From: Tubiluchus corallicola
Taxonomy: Eukaryota > Animalia > Priapulida
Length of the DNA: 64,000 nt
NCBI GenBank assembly: GCA_030141605.1
Contig: JAQGDQ010001021.1
Location: forward strand, 1 to 64,000
Direction: 5' to 3'
Shown: positions 11,898 through 25,590 of the stretch, one piece after another
How the letters are laid out: each line of letters starts with the position of its first letter
Position numbering within the stretch: the first letter of the stretch is position 1
Translations under genes and position numbers: made by a program
Notes under the pieces: generated by a model
The model's database searches: none
Told to the model about the DNA's origin: nothing
Seen by the model: the letters and a program-made list of their open reading frames with translations, nothing else

Positions 11898-13058
11898 TTT
11901 GCTTTTCAAAAAACTAATTTATCTTTCACAAGACTAACTTGACACGTCTCAGTACTAACACATATTTATCACCAGGTGAATAATATCTCACACGTGCTTA
12001 GAAAACAGTCCATAACAATTTGGATGTTTCCTCCTTTATTTAAATTACAAAGGAAGTTAACAAGAATAAAAATGAAAAACGGAAACTGTCATAAAAACGG
12101 CAACGCGCATCGTAATTTACGAAACGGCTTGGAAAGATTAAAGTAAGGCGCAAAATTTGAGAAATTACAGCGAAGATTTATGACGTAACGCATAAACGAG
12201 CGTGCATAATTTATCATAATTTATCACAATTTCAACGCGCGCAAAGCAAAGCTTAAATTATTCATCGCGTGGTGGATTTTTTTGTGAATTGCAGAACAAC
12301 GCGTTGACGCAGGGCTCGGTTGAAAAATGGCAGCCATTGTTTGTCCAATGATTGTCAAAGCCTTTTATTGACTTATCACGCCTGGAGACGAACATTCCCC
12401 AGAAATATAAATAAGCCCTCATGTTTCGAAAATAATGTTGTATTTCAAATTCACGGTTGATCTAAGATGAGGCGAAATATGCCCGCTCTGGTGTGCACGA
12501 AACTCAAGAATGCAAGAGACCAGAATTAGGAAAACAAGAACGAAAATAACAAGGAAGAAGTACTTCAAAACCAAAACAGAGAGGCAAAATTTGCATATTT
12601 TAATTCCTGAATGTTTAAGTTAATGGGATTGATATTTAAAGGGTCAACATTTAAATAGTTTAATGAAACAGGAATGCCCGTTAATTTGTTTAAAAAGCTC
12701 TTGTTAAAGTCAAACAAACGGAAACGGAAATGTACAATCCTAGGCTGGGCTAAGGTTTACCCAAAGCTTTGGCCTGCCTTGAACCGTTCAGAAACCGTGT
12801 ACAAATGGTAATAAGTCACCTAAACCGGCAAGTTTACCCATTTCGTTCAATTTGTTAACTTTTCGCAGTAGGCTTAGAAAAAACAACGTTAGCAACAAGG
12901 TAACCACCGATCACGGAGACTTGTGAGCACTGAGCAACCAAAACGCACAACTCCCAAGGCTAGAATTAGCTATGGATACTCTGTCAAGGCTCCAAGGTAA
13001 TAAAATAATAGCTGTTTAAATAACTGTGACATTGACATTGACAAAATCTGAGACTTAC

Positions 13059-13734
13059 CTTCGCATTGTTGACCGATGGCTTGATACCCCGGAACGCACT
13101 CGCAGCCGCCGGTCAGTATTGACCACGAACCGTCGCCGGTGCACAGGTAGGACGGCTGCTGGCTCTGAGCCGAATTCGACACGCAGTGACCGATGGTCTG
13201 ACGGATGGAGGAGAGTTCCCGTCCCGTCGGAGTCTCCGGAAAGAACGCGTGGTTGATGGTGATATTCGGGCAGGTGATGTAGTAGACTTTGACGGACAGC
13301 AAGGAGATGCAGGCGCCCTCGTCGTGAAATGCAAAATACGCGCCCTTCTTGGAGACCGGGATGCTGCGGATTTCTTCGTTGATGACCACTTCGTTGTTGT
13401 CGCTGAAGCGTCCCTCGTCGGCGGCGATGCGGTCAATCATCTTGTAGGTGTTCGTGCTCCAAGTGGGCATGTTGTCGTCGGCAAAGTCAAACTCGGATTC
13501 GAAATAGAGGAGGCTGAAGGTCTCCTTGCAGGACCGCACCGTCGCCGGAAAGTGGGTGCAGTCTCTCATGGAAAATTTCACCTGAACGTAGAGGCGCTCG
13601 GCCGGTCCGCGTTCGATGAACGGAGTCCGTAACCAATTGCGGACATTGGCCTGGTTAACATCACAGACAACGTAGGATCTCCAGCTGACCATGTTCCTGT
13701 CCTCGTCATAGTGGGGATAACTTTCCTCAAGCCA
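13059..13734 (-). CDS. Eph: Eph receptor, third coding exon (ephrin ligand-binding domain and Cys-rich/sushi region)
   Basis: Lies within ORF 12970..13827. Eph motifs: WRSYVVCDV, NWLRTPFI, KFSMRDC, SCKETFSLLY, IDRIAADEGRF, YFAFHDEGACISLLSVKVYYITCP, CTGDGSW, CECVPGY. Acceptor ttgtttCAG at 13735-13737, donor GAAG|GTAAGT at 13058. 676 nt, phase 0 to phase 1, matching the large conserved Eph exon 3. GC-rich against an AT-rich background. Confidence 0.98.
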
Positions 13735-14311
13735 CTGAAACAAAAAAACAAACAGAAATGATTTACATGTTTTCAATAAGGGGTCGTCCACCAAAGAGGT
13801 CATTATGTGTGCATTATGTAGGCCCATTAGTATTAGACAGCTCCTGTTACTAAACTACAGGAGTATAACAGTGTAGTGAAAAACTATATGCAGTCTATCT
13901 TAGTCCTTGATGCAAGGAGTAAGTTATTTGGTAATCGAATGCCCTTCCACATGCATATATTCCTTGGTGCTTCAAAATTTCACACCACTGATTAAACTGT
14001 TTTGTTCAAAGTGTTAAAAGATAGACCTATGTCAGCAGCCAGCTGGTCACCAATCCATCAAAATCACACTCAAAATCTGACCTAACTTTCAGTATGCCTC
14101 ACTTGTCCAACCTATTTTGCTTGAACATATATGTATACTCTACAAGGCGAACAAGTTAAGAGGTCCTGCTGTGTACTGCAAAGTTAAGCAACACCAGACA
14201 AGATTTCCAAAAGGATGACTGAACCAGTAGTGATTGCTAGAAAAACTGCTTCTGGGGGGATTCATCAGCCCAATTGGCCTTCACGTTAAAACACTTAATC
14301 ACAGCTTGAAA

Positions 14312-14655
14312 ATTATTATTATTATCATCATCATCATCACCATCACCATCACCATCACCATCACCATCACCATCACCATCATCATCATCATCACCACCAC
14401 CACCATCATCACCATCAGCATTACCAACACCATCATCATCACCATCATCATCATCACCATCACCATCACCATCATCATCATCATCACCATCGTCACCACC
14501 ACCACCACCATCATCACCATCAGCATTACCAACACCATCTCATCATCATCATCATCATCATCACCACTGCCACCATCATCATCATCAGCAGCAGCAGCAG
14601 CATCACCATTATCATCATCATCATCATCATTATATAGTATTACTTTATTATTATT
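14312..14655. repeat. Compound (ATT/CAT/CAC/CAG)n microsatellite
   Basis: Direct reading. Confidence 0.95.
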
Positions 14656-15861
14656 ACGTATTATTACTATTAACATAATATTTAGTAACATGAGTCTGTT
14701 ACAGTGTATTATATGACCATTTAACCAAAATAATAACCAAAAAAATGAGGCTTTTAATGTCATTTATTTCAACATCCATTAAGAGCGCTGGCAATATGGA
14801 CTGAGCGAAATCCAGTTGGATACTTTCAAGAGCCGAAGCAGCAGCTGGAAAGCCTGCGATAGGGGGGAAAATCGACAAGAAATTCAATAGCTTTTAACTC
14901 TCTCCTCACGGCTATTTATCAAGCACCCTGGCTGACAGCGCTGTCCAATGCACCGTCAACAAGAGAACAGCCATTCGCCATCATTCACTGCTTTGTTAAA
15001 AAATTAACAGCTGTTAGAGGCTAGAAAAGCCGTACGAGGAAGGGGCTTTTGCTCTCAATTGATCGTATAAAGGAGGGAACCTCTTATTACGAAGACAGTA
15101 AGTGTTTCTTTAGACTCTCCTGGCACAGTAATATCATAATTCTAGCAAATTGTAAAACTGACATTTTGACAAGAGAAAAAACAAAGATCACTCATATAAA
15201 TACGCCTCTGCAGCTTTTTCGTTTGGGGTTAACTTCAACCAGCAGCAGGTTGTACTATGTTCGAGCTCCTCGATCAAATTCGAATTTAGCAGCAAATCTG
15301 TGACCCGAAATTCATCAAACCAGCAACGAAACCAGAACGACTGGGTACAACGATTATTAATAACAGTATTAGTCGCAAAGATGAGCTTTATTCGTCAAAA
15401 ATAAACAAGGTAATTGCATTAGCCCAGATTTGGCGCAACTGAAAGGGTTAATCATGCTTGTTGACCAACAACGGTATGTACACAACGACGTGTATGTCAC
15501 GTGACGCGGCACCTAATACGCTCATTAAGTTTGCCAATAAACACCGAATGTAATAAAATCGCATTAGAGCCTGCTGACATTGACACACAGCCCAACGTCT
15601 TGCATTACCTTTCCGAGGATCTATAAACCTAGACATCTGCCGTGTGCACACGCAGGCTAATGGGCACAGCGCGATCTAGCGGTAATGCACATTCTAGTAG
15701 ACGATATTATTGCAATCATAAATAACATCGACGTCGTCTTCATATTAATAATGCACGCGGCACAGCGAGAGTTGAAGAGCAGCTGCATCTGGTCTCCGAA
15801 AGGCTTTTAGCCCTTCAAAATTTTAAACTATTGTTGCCACAGATAGGTGTCACTGGATAAA

Positions 15862-16318
15862 AAGACACCAGGGGCAGTGTCGCAAACATATGATTGTTTT
15901 GAGACAATGGATTCGACGTAAAAGTTTGATTTTATACCGTGAAATTAACAACAAGCTTTGAAAAAGCCTGTTCTAAAATACAAACTAAAAAGAATTGGTC
16001 CCAGAACAAAACCTTGAGGGAGACTGATTTGCACATCGACATCACACACTTAAAATGACAGCTGTACAGATGACACTGGTTTTATACTTGTCAATTTAAC
16101 ATCATCTAACACTGTCTTTGTGTTTATCAATTTAACATAAAAACCCTATTCTAAAATACAAACTAAAAAGAATTGGTCCCAGAATCGAACCTTGGGGGAA
16201 ACTGATTTGTGCACCGACATCACACACTTAAAATGAGAGTTGTACAGATGACACTGGTTTTATACTTGTCAATTTAACATCATCTAACACTGTCTTTGTG
16301 CTTATCAATTTAACATAA
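15862..16318 (-). mobile_element. Short repeat carrying a LINE reverse-transcriptase core fragment (PQGSILGPILFSLY), partly tandem-duplicated (about 178 bp)
   Basis: Minus-strand translation around 16150-16205; inverted copy at 23050-23272. Confidence 0.7.
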
Positions 16319-17317
16319 TGTTAATTCAGATTTTAATCAATTCTAATTATGTTATACAGTGACAGATGGCGCACTTTCCTCAATTAAATTTTAAGTCAAA
16401 TTGTCATTGTTTACTGATGATTGTTCCTTTACTGGTGGACAGATTGGCATGGATTTGAAAATCTGGTGACCTTTTCATGCCTAATTTGAATCCCTCGAAA
16501 AGGTTTGTTTTAGCTGCTCTTAGCAAACAGATGCTGAGAATTGCTAATCAATAAGTTACTTGAGACGCCCCCCCCCCATAGCTGTAAACCTCTTATCACC
16601 ATTAAATAAACTATGCCAATAGATTATGTAATGTTTGCATCTAAAACTTTAAATTTTGTTTCACCGTCCCTCTTTCTCATCCCTCTCTCTACTTCAAAAT
16701 TATGATAATGGCCATGATAATGTTTGTCACTCGTCATTATCATCATTATTATTATAGCCGTCATTACCGTCGTCATTGTCATTGTCATTGGTTCTCCACT
16801 TCAGCGGCTCAAATTATTTAGAATTGTCAAATGTTGCTCAATTTAAAGGAAAGAACAAGTCACTCAGTATGTTGGGTTTATTTTACAGTTACCACTTAAA
16901 CTTAGAAAAATATAACAAAGAAATTTGCAAAAAAGTTTCCATAAAGCATAAATGTGAAATATATTGCCTCTGAATACAATGTTTAGGCGTTGCGGTTGCC
17001 GTTGTTCGTTTGAAAATTATGAAGCGCGCGCTGCTTAAACTATTAAAACTTCTGCAGCTTACCTAATGTTCACGCAAAAAACGTTTCGAAATCATCTATC
17101 TAATGTTTTCGTAAAAGTTATTATACGTTTGACGAAGATCGACAATGCGCTACTTTTCTTCAAAATGAATGACGTCATTAGAAGAAGAATGGGCATTCAA
17201 AATGGGCAGCGCCCAGGCATCAAGTGATCGCGACTTTAAAGTGATTTTGCTAATTTTGGGGTGGTTATTGGAGTTCTGTTACTAATTCCTTCTAACATTT
17301 TTTGCGAATATTGAAAA

Positions 17318-17597
17318 AAGCCTAACTTCCCAGAAGACCTGACCTTTCCTTTATAACTGTTCCTTAATGTTGGCATTTACACACATAACACACGGGGAAA
17401 TGAACTGAATTACGGATGCAAGTATAAGTTGACATCCCGATTTATCTCCCTCTATCCTTGAAATAAGCCTCACTTCCCAGAAGGCCTGATCTTTCCTTTA
17501 AAAATGTTCCTTAATGTTGGCATGTACACATATAATACACGGGGAAAGGAATTGAATTACGGATGCAAATATAAGTTGACATCCGGATTTATCTCCT
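17318..17597. repeat. About 147-bp tandem duplication
   Basis: AAGCCT.ACTTCCCAGAAG at about 17318 and about 17465. Confidence 0.85.
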
Positions 17598-18244
17598 ACT
17601 ACCCTAACAGCCCAAGCCAATCAAACTCATTAACAGTCTTTTCAGCTGCGAGGTTACGAAATAGCACCTGATTACCGATTAGACCCTGTGATAATCAGGT
17701 AATGGTCAAGAGATTGAGGTGATGGTCACTCTGCCAGACGGACCACAACACCCACCTGGGATAAGATAAAGGCCGCCTGGCGTTAATGGATAAAATTGCA
17801 GGCAATTCATGCTCAATGCATCCTTTGTGGAACAAAAGTTGTCAGACGTAAGCAGGAAGGGTTAAAAAGTGGAAATTGACTTTTGGGCATGTTACATGAT
17901 TTCGGCAAATTAATGTGACTAATTGCTTCAAACGTCCAATTACTGTATAGTACCTGTCAAGCCTTCACTATCTTAGTATGAAGTAGAATACTATCTTCAA
18001 GAGAGAAGCCACGAACAAACAAAAAATTTCGATGCACTAAAGCCATCTCAATGGAATTATCATGGTACAACAACACCACATTCACAATCTCTCTTAACTA
18101 TGAGAGTTTTCAGTCAAGTTTTCTCTCGCTTGCATTTTAATAGGTATAATCATTGATAGAACTGCTTAATTTGGAGCTAAAATCATCTGAATTTCGTGAT
18201 TTTGAAATGTTGCTGCACCGTGATATTCAATTTCACCATATTCA

Positions 18245-18597
18245 CTGTCGTCGCTGTTATTGTCGTCGTCATCATCGTAATCGTCTTCGTCTTCGTCATC
18301 GTCATCGTCGTCGTCGTCGTCATGATCATCATCATAATCATCATCATCATCATCAAAAGCAGCAGCGACAGTAAACATCATAGTCCATTTATGACCCGTT
18401 CTTTGGCTAGTTTTAAAGAAGAACTATCCTTCAACACTAAAAATGTCCTAATAAAATCTGTTTGACACATTATGTGTATTTATTGGTGTTCGAAGCGAGT
18501 GAAGAAGGGCTTCGTGTCAAAGAATTCCTGAAAGAAAATGGTTTTATGTCAAAAAAGGTACAGGTATTTGATTTAAAGTTGCTGCTGCTGCTGTTGT

Positions 18598-18629
<32 letters not shown>

Positions 18630-18835
18630 CTACTGCTGTTGCTGCTGCTACTGCTGTTGCTGCTCTTGCTACTGCTGTTGCTGTTGCTGCTGTTGTTGCT
18701 GCTGTTGTTGCTGTTGCTGTTGCTGCTGCTGCTACTGCTGTTGCTGCTGCTACTGCTGTTGCTGTTGCTGCTGCTGCTGCTACTGCTGTTGCTGCTGCTA
18801 CTGTTGCTGCTGCTCTTATTGTCATTATCATCATC
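18245..18835. repeat. (CGT/CAT)n and (CTG/TTG)n microsatellite blocks
   Basis: Direct reading; these are the source of the spurious poly-L/S/A ORFs. Confidence 0.95.
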
Positions 18836-19808
18836 TACGTCATTACGCACAATTACAATTATCGCACCAGGCTGCCAAGTGCCATGCGTACTCAAAATAA
18901 ACCCCATACAGATAATGACACTAGCCAAAATCATCCACATTAGAAAATTACTAGTGATTACATATAAATGCCGGCTACAGAGTGACAGTACTCGTCTTAA
19001 CTGCTGACCTCTGTGCAGTGAAAACAACACAAAATTGCCAATTTCCTCCTACAGAATTCTCCGTCAGGAAGATGGCTATTCTACTGGAAATTCTGCGCAA
19101 AAGTTTCGTCTTCTAACTAGACAAATATTGGCTGTGCAAACTGATGGCGCTGCCGTAGTTCTGATACAGCTAAGAGAAATTCTGACAAAAGAGGGAAAAA
19201 AAAGAGTCGACAGAGACGGCCGAAGTCTTTGTTTACCGCGGCGTTAAATGTCCTTCCCTTCTTTGTGCACCGCCCACAGAGACCATTCCACGGATCCTTC
19301 TGAAAAAAAGGGGGAAACGGCATACGCGATTGCGTCTCGTTTCTTGTTTTACAAAAGCCGACGGTCCCCGTGGAACTGAAGTCCTTTTCATTATTTTCCA
19401 ATGAGAATTACTCGGGGAAATAAATTCGGTTTAAATTGAAAGCTTTCACACGCGCAGACCGTGATCGTGGATTGAATGCAAATCTACAAACGTGAAGCGA
19501 GTTATTAATCAATATACACGCGCACGCGACTACGACATTATTACGAGATTTGATTGATTAATTTGATAAACAAACCTCACTGTGCCAGGACATGCGGCTT
19601 GTTTAAAACACTTCTTTAAATCTTGCCACACGAACGAATTCAACCACTAATCAATCAATCACCAAATCACCCTTTGAGATGTCAAACGATGTACGCCGCC
19701 CAGACGATGATCAAAATGATCCGTTTGCTCGGTTTACACCTATCGCATGGCCACAGGTTCAAATAAAGAATAAAGACGACTTATTTTACAGCCTTTATGC
19801 CTAATAGG

Positions 19809-20176
19809 TAGGGGTGAGGAGCATTCTCTACCAGAAATCGAATTCGAATCGAACCGAACTTCAGTGATTCGAATTCGAACCGAATTCGAAAGATTCTCGA
19901 ACAAGTTTTCGAACCAACAGCAAAAATTAGTCTTACAAGGATCATGCATATCGCTAGATTTTGTTCTGCAATAAAACGACTAGTAATTCCTTTAAAATTG
20001 TGTGCAGAAATCACAGCTAAATCACGCTAATTACACGATGTTTCAACCGTTTTAGTGATAAAGAACATGTGCGATTGAAGTGCTGAATTATTCGAATCTA
20101 TAGTTTTGGATTCGAATCGAGTTCGAACTAAAAAAACTCGTTCGAATCGAATTCGAGCGTTCGATGCTCACACCTA
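19809..20176. mobile_element. hAT MITE with TTCGAA-rich subtermini
   Basis: Perfect 8-bp TSD CTAATAGG (19801-08 and 20177-84); ends TAGGGGTGAG...CTCACACCTA; many TTCGAA palindromes. Confidence 0.9.
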
Positions 20177-20204
20177 CTAATAGGCACGACCACGTTTTGA
20201 GTTA

Positions 20205-20960
20205 ATTTATTTATTTTATTTATTTCATTCACACCCAATAGTAAAATGCAGTCTACAATAAACAAGCATAAATTTACAGTAAATTAACAATAAACTTACA
20301 AAAACATACCAACGGTTTACATAGGCAGCGCCTATTATGCACTCATTAAGTAGTTAACAGAAGCCAAATATGTAATGAATAAGCAGAGCAGTAAAGAAAT
20401 TGATGCAGTAACTCGTTATCAATTTACAAAAGCCAAATATGTAATAAATAAGCAGACCAGTAAAGAAATTGATACAGCAAGTTAAGCATTAACCAAGTAG
20501 TTAACAGAAGCCAAATAGGTAATGAATAAAAGCAGACCAGTAAAGAAATTCATACAGTAACTCATTATGAATTTACAAAAGCCAAATAGGTAACGAATAA
20601 GCAGACCAGTAAAGAAACTGATGCAGTAAATTATGCACTAATTAAGTAGTTAACAGAAGCCAAGTAGGTAATGAATAAGCAGACCAGTAAAGAAATTCAT
20701 ACAGTAACTCATTGTGAATTTACAAAAGCCAAATAGGTAATGAATAAGCAGACCAGTAAAGAAATTGATGCAGTAAAATATGCACTAATTAAGTAGTTAA
20801 CAGAAGCCAAATAGGTAATGAATAGGTTTGACATGACTTTTTCGTGTAAAAATTTTAATGAAGTTGTATTGTTTTTAATTATAAATGTTTCTAAAGTGCT
20901 TGTAATAAAAATGACTTATTTATTTTATTTTACTCAAACTCCAATAATGAAAATACATTT
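20205..20960 (-). mobile_element. Penelope-like non-autonomous element, copy lacking the hammerhead segment
   Basis: The core of about 60-65-bp tandem units (AAGCCAAATAGGTAATGAATAAGCAGACCAGTAAAGAAATTGA) matches 42800-43310. Confidence 0.6.
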
Positions 20961-23049
20961 ACAAAGTAAATTGGCTGGTTGACCATCTAACATTGTAAAG
21001 TGAAAGGCTTATTTAATAAACTGCTGTTATAAACTATGGATAATAAAGCAAGATTGGTAGTCAGTTTTGAATTTTTCAGATATATTTCTGTATAATGATA
21101 CAAGATTATAATTTTGTAATTCCATATTTTACCCAATAAAAAAAAATGATTTCGCTACTAAGTGGTGTATTTTTGATGAACCAAATACTACAGTATAGTA
21201 GTTAGTAGCACAATTATTCAAAAATTTAATACAAATGAAAAAAATGTGCAGTATTTTGGACTTTTGCAATCTTTTTGGGCATCTACAACAAAACTTTTTG
21301 CAATACAGCACAGAGAAGCCCTATACGAAACCAAACCTCCTCCTTTCCACTCTACTTATTACCCCCAATAGGGAAGGTCATTAAATATTCATCACGAATA
21401 AAAGCTTTCATTAACAGTACAGCCAGTCTAGTTTCATTAATACGCAAGCCAGGTAGTAATGGCACTACTGGCCACCCATACTAATCGCGGCTTTATATAT
21501 GGCACTTCTTGCTTTCCATACAAATAATAATCATAGCCCTGATATTATGGAACCATTACGCAGCCATACAGAAGATGAGCCAGCGATACAATGATAGAGT
21601 GTCCAGAGTAATTATAACTGCATAAGAGAGAATTTAATCAGATAACGGCGTGGATTGTTGGACCCAGTGGGGTGTTGTTTGTCTTCACCTCACACCTGCT
21701 ACCTGGGAGGATGAGGGGAAAGTGTTAATCAGTGAATCTATCGGCAAAATTCCGGGCAAGATTCGGTGAGAAAGAGTTACGAATTGTGAAAACTCAAAAT
21801 GAAACGTACAGCATCTTGTAAGCGTACTGAATGAAGCCGTACCAAAGACAGAGACAGCATTTATTAAAAGAGATTAACTCTAATAACATGAAATCCTGAA
21901 TGCCAGAGGTCTTATTTGGGGCGAGTTGGGTAAAAAAGATGAAAAAATTAATAGAAATGTGTTTTTGTGCAAATGGCAAAATTACATCTAGTGTTTCACA
22001 AGTCTGAATTTAAACGAATGTATGTTTATGCAATCAGCTATTATAGTTAAGTCAGTCAGTCAGTCAGTCAGTCAGCTAGAGTTTTAGATTCCGCGGTGTT
22101 TACACTAAATGATTATCAGATGCTGTTATAAAAGACGTTGTTTCAAGAATTTTCGTAATACCTCCGTCTTATCTAAAAGGGAAGAAAATTGGATTTAAAC
22201 AACATTTCAAAAGAAACACCTGACAATGTTATATTAGTTAGCAAAACACTTACCTGTTTGAAAGGCTTATATAATTGGAAAAGAAATTCATGATAATTTA
22301 AAAGGTTTAAAATACCTTTTTGCGTAGTTAGCTAAGAGTTTGCTAGGAGGAATAGTATGATTATTTTTTTCAAACTACGCCATGTTATCTAAATTTGTTT
22401 CAAAAGATCTATTCTCAAAACGGCTGTGCCGGTCAGCGCGGGGATTAAATTTATACGTTTCAGTCAGTGTTGCTGTCAATGCAAGCCCTGTACGCAATAA
22501 GATAGCACGGAAGTGATACAAAATTTGAAGATCAATTTTCCAAGCTTTATTTACGAATTATAGTTTTGAGAAAATGTTTTTAGAAATTTTAAACATATCC
22601 CTACAAATAGAGGGAATGTATTCTGTACATAGTTTTTAAAAATAAAGAATTATAATAATAGGATAATAGCATCCAGAACGCATTAGGCAACAAGAATACA
22701 TCGTTACTACCATAATTTCTTCAGCGACACAATGAAAATTACCAGCCAAATTAAAACAAATTTCGCACCATGAATTCAAATTAGCAACAATTCGCCTGTC
22801 AGCAAGCCTGGCAACACTTAAATCTATAATAACATTAATAATGCCACTTTCTTCGGCGAACTCGGCAGCGACAAAATTGCCTTTTGAGAAATTACTGCCC
22901 TTTTTTTCCGAAGAGAAAGGAGTGGAGAGGCTGGCATTAAATTTACATCGTTCGAAAACCGTAATTTATTCTCTTCAATGCAAAACAGAATGGCCGTCGT
23001 TTTAACTCTTTGCCGGGAAATTAACCCTCTGTGACGCGAGCTGTACAGC

Positions 23050-23272
23050 AACCAGTGTCATCTGCACAGCTCTCATTTTTAGTGTGTGACGTCGATGCAC
23101 AAATCAGTCTTCCTCAAGGTTCTGTTCTGGGACCAATTCTTTTTAGTTTGTATTTTAGAATAGGCATTTTCAAAGCTTGTTGTTAATTTCACCGTATAAA
23201 CTCAAAATTTTCTGTCAAATGCATTGTCTCAAAACAATCACATGTTTGGGACACTGTCCCGTGGTGTCATTT
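23050..23272 (+). mobile_element. Second copy of the RT-fragment repeat (LPQGSVLGPILFSLY)
   Basis: Reverse complement of 15862-16082. Confidence 0.7.
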
Positions 23273-24221
23273 CTCATCACAGCGTGATCGATGGCAGTTA
23301 TTATTGCCAGTTATCTATTGTCTTATAGTCTGGCCCACATAGTTACCATTACATCCGTGGCCACGCAAGAGTAAATGTATGACTACGACAATGAAAAGGG
23401 TTTCAGAGAAAACGATGCTCTTTGTGGGTTCACAAAAGACTCTGCGCGAATTTAGAGGATGCGCAAATAAATTTCAACAGGAATTTGCATGGGATCACTA
23501 ATTGATTTGGTACATAGCAACGGCATCTGAATTGATGGATTTTGGCTTTTCTGCTATGATGCTAGTAGATTAACGTTGAAGTTGTACTGGAAAGAGTTCA
23601 TTAACATTTTGCGTAGGCAGTTTTTTTTGCCTAGAGCACAGGCTTACAAGGTTTTAATTTTTATGAAAACCAATGTAAAAATTAGTCCTACAAATGCAAT
23701 AACGAAAGAAGTTATGCTAGGTGCGAGCACATGTCGTACGTAGGTTGTACTGAAGTATATCGCTAAGTAGCGGCCGACCAGCAAGTGGCACATGGCACCT
23801 GTTAGTGTGTGTAGTTTGTACTAGAGAGAAAAGAAATGTGTGATATGTGTGAAAAAGGAAAGTAAGGCAGGTTAGTAAGAATAGGATAGCGATAAATAAA
23901 AGTTTTGGAAAAAAGAAGGTCATGGGAATAGGTTTATAAATTTTAGTTTTAGTTATTTGGGAGGTGATTGCTTTTATGGTTATTGTTACTTTTCTATTTT
24001 TATAAAGATTATCCAAGTTTGTGTTCGGTGCATTAAATAGATTTTGCTTTTCAAAGTTGACATTGTTGTCATTGAAATATTTAGCTTTTTTTTATTTTAT
24101 TTTACTTTCATTTATGCAGGAGTGTAAGCAGTAAACAGTTTATTGTCATCATAGCATAATACATACAATGAAATTTATGTGGTTTTGTGTACTGCAGCGT
24201 TACTGTAAGAGCTTTCGTGTG

Positions 24222-24400
24222 TTGTACTAAAACTCGGAAAATTTTAAGATAAAAATTCGAATTTAAAAATTACACTCACGCATGGACTGTCGAACGTGAG
24301 TAGTTCGTGCACAAACTAGCACATCTGAACTGAGAGGTACGGCACTAGTTTTTGTGCAATGCGTTTCCGAAATGAAGGCGCTAGTGCTACCGAAACTAGC
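24222..24400 (+). repeat. Unclassified interspersed repeat; diverged copy at about 36850-37015
   Basis: Shared TAAAAATTCGAATTT, CTGTCGAACGT and TGAACTGAGAGGTAC blocks. Confidence 0.7.
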
Positions 24401-25074
24401 GAATAGCGAAATGCGTGCAACAGCGAATAACTAGTGACGCGAATGTGAAATTGTGTTTGTGTGGTAATGATTCTTTGACGTAAGTTATTTTTGAAAAAAT
24501 AGCATGTTTCATTTCAGTTTTGTTGCTATGCTGATAACAAGATATGGCAACAAGATTTTGTTTTTAGCTTAACACAGTTCACCTTCCTTATGATGCTGTA
24601 GCATGTAGATGCACTGCAGGTACAAAACACCTGTACTTTACACTGATTAATTAAGAAGCTTTGCCATGCTGTAGGTCCTCTTTACCTGCGCTACCTGTAC
24701 CTACCGCACCTGCTATAGGCAGGTAAGCAAATACGTACAGGATGCGAGCAAACTTAACAAAAATACACCCCACCTTTGTCCCGGAGTTTACCCGAGGTAA
24801 GCAAAAATCTTATACAAGGTCCTGTGCGCAAGACGCTGAGGCAGCTATTGACAATGATACATTTCACTTTAGACGCCGTACAATGCGTAGTGTTGCTTTG
24901 ACTGGCTGGCATGGCTTTTTGTGCACAGGAATGTAACAAAGGTCTCCACATTCCACGAATCTTGAAGGTTTATTTTACAGATATTTCACACATCAAACTC
25001 AATTTCGTCCAATACAAGTACAGTAGAGGCCTAAATCGGGTCAAATGGCTACATACAGTTAGACGGGCGTTTGA

Positions 25075-25590
25075 TGCCGCGCTCATTTTCAGGCCTTACA
25101 GAGGACCACTGCACAGGTAAAGGTAGCCCTTGATGTTACCCCCACTTCAGGATATAATAGGACCACTTTAACGAGAGTGTAACTTTTTGTTACCTCCATT
25201 TTCAGACTACATAAGGACACACCCAGAGGCGTAAAATGTTACCACATTTTCAGGGCATATAGAGACACTGTTAAAATAGAGGTGGCGCTTTACGTTGCCC
25301 CAATTTTCAGGCTATAATGAGCAACGGTAGGCTAGGAATATCACCTAATGTTGCCCTAATTTTCAGGCTAAAATGAACAACGGTAAGCCAGGAATGTCAC
25401 CTAATGTTGCCCCAATTTTCAGGCTATAATGAACAACGGTAAGCTAGGAATGTCGCCTAATGTTGCTCCCATTTTCAGGCTATAATGAACAACGGTAAGC
25501 TAGGAATGTCACTTAATGTTGCCTCCATTTTCTGGCTATACAGAAACACTGTTAAGGTAGGGTTGTCACTTGATTGTATTGCCATTTTCA
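25075..25590. repeat. 56-bp minisatellite, homogeneous in the centre and degenerate at the edges
   Basis: CTAATGTTGC at 25401 and 25457; ATTTTCAGG recurs with the same period. Confidence 0.85.

Noticed and set aside
1-13058. Next Eph coding exon (EGF-like/FN3)
   Set aside because: No phase-1 exon with the expected CP.G.YK/C..CP pattern was found by eye; it probably lies beyond the window.
13026-13632. Overlapping ORFs 13026..13256, 13113..13436 and 13186..13632
   Set aside because: Shadow frames of the GC-rich Eph exon with no independent motifs.
12970-13827. The full 285-aa ORF as a single-exon gene
   Set aside because: Eph similarity is bounded by splice sites at 13735 and 13058; the flanking residues are intron read-through.
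20830-21120. Possible GIY-YIG endonuclease remnant next to the Penelope-like core
   Set aside because: The frames are broken, and the segment is better explained as the inverted non-coding tail plus an AT-rich UTR.
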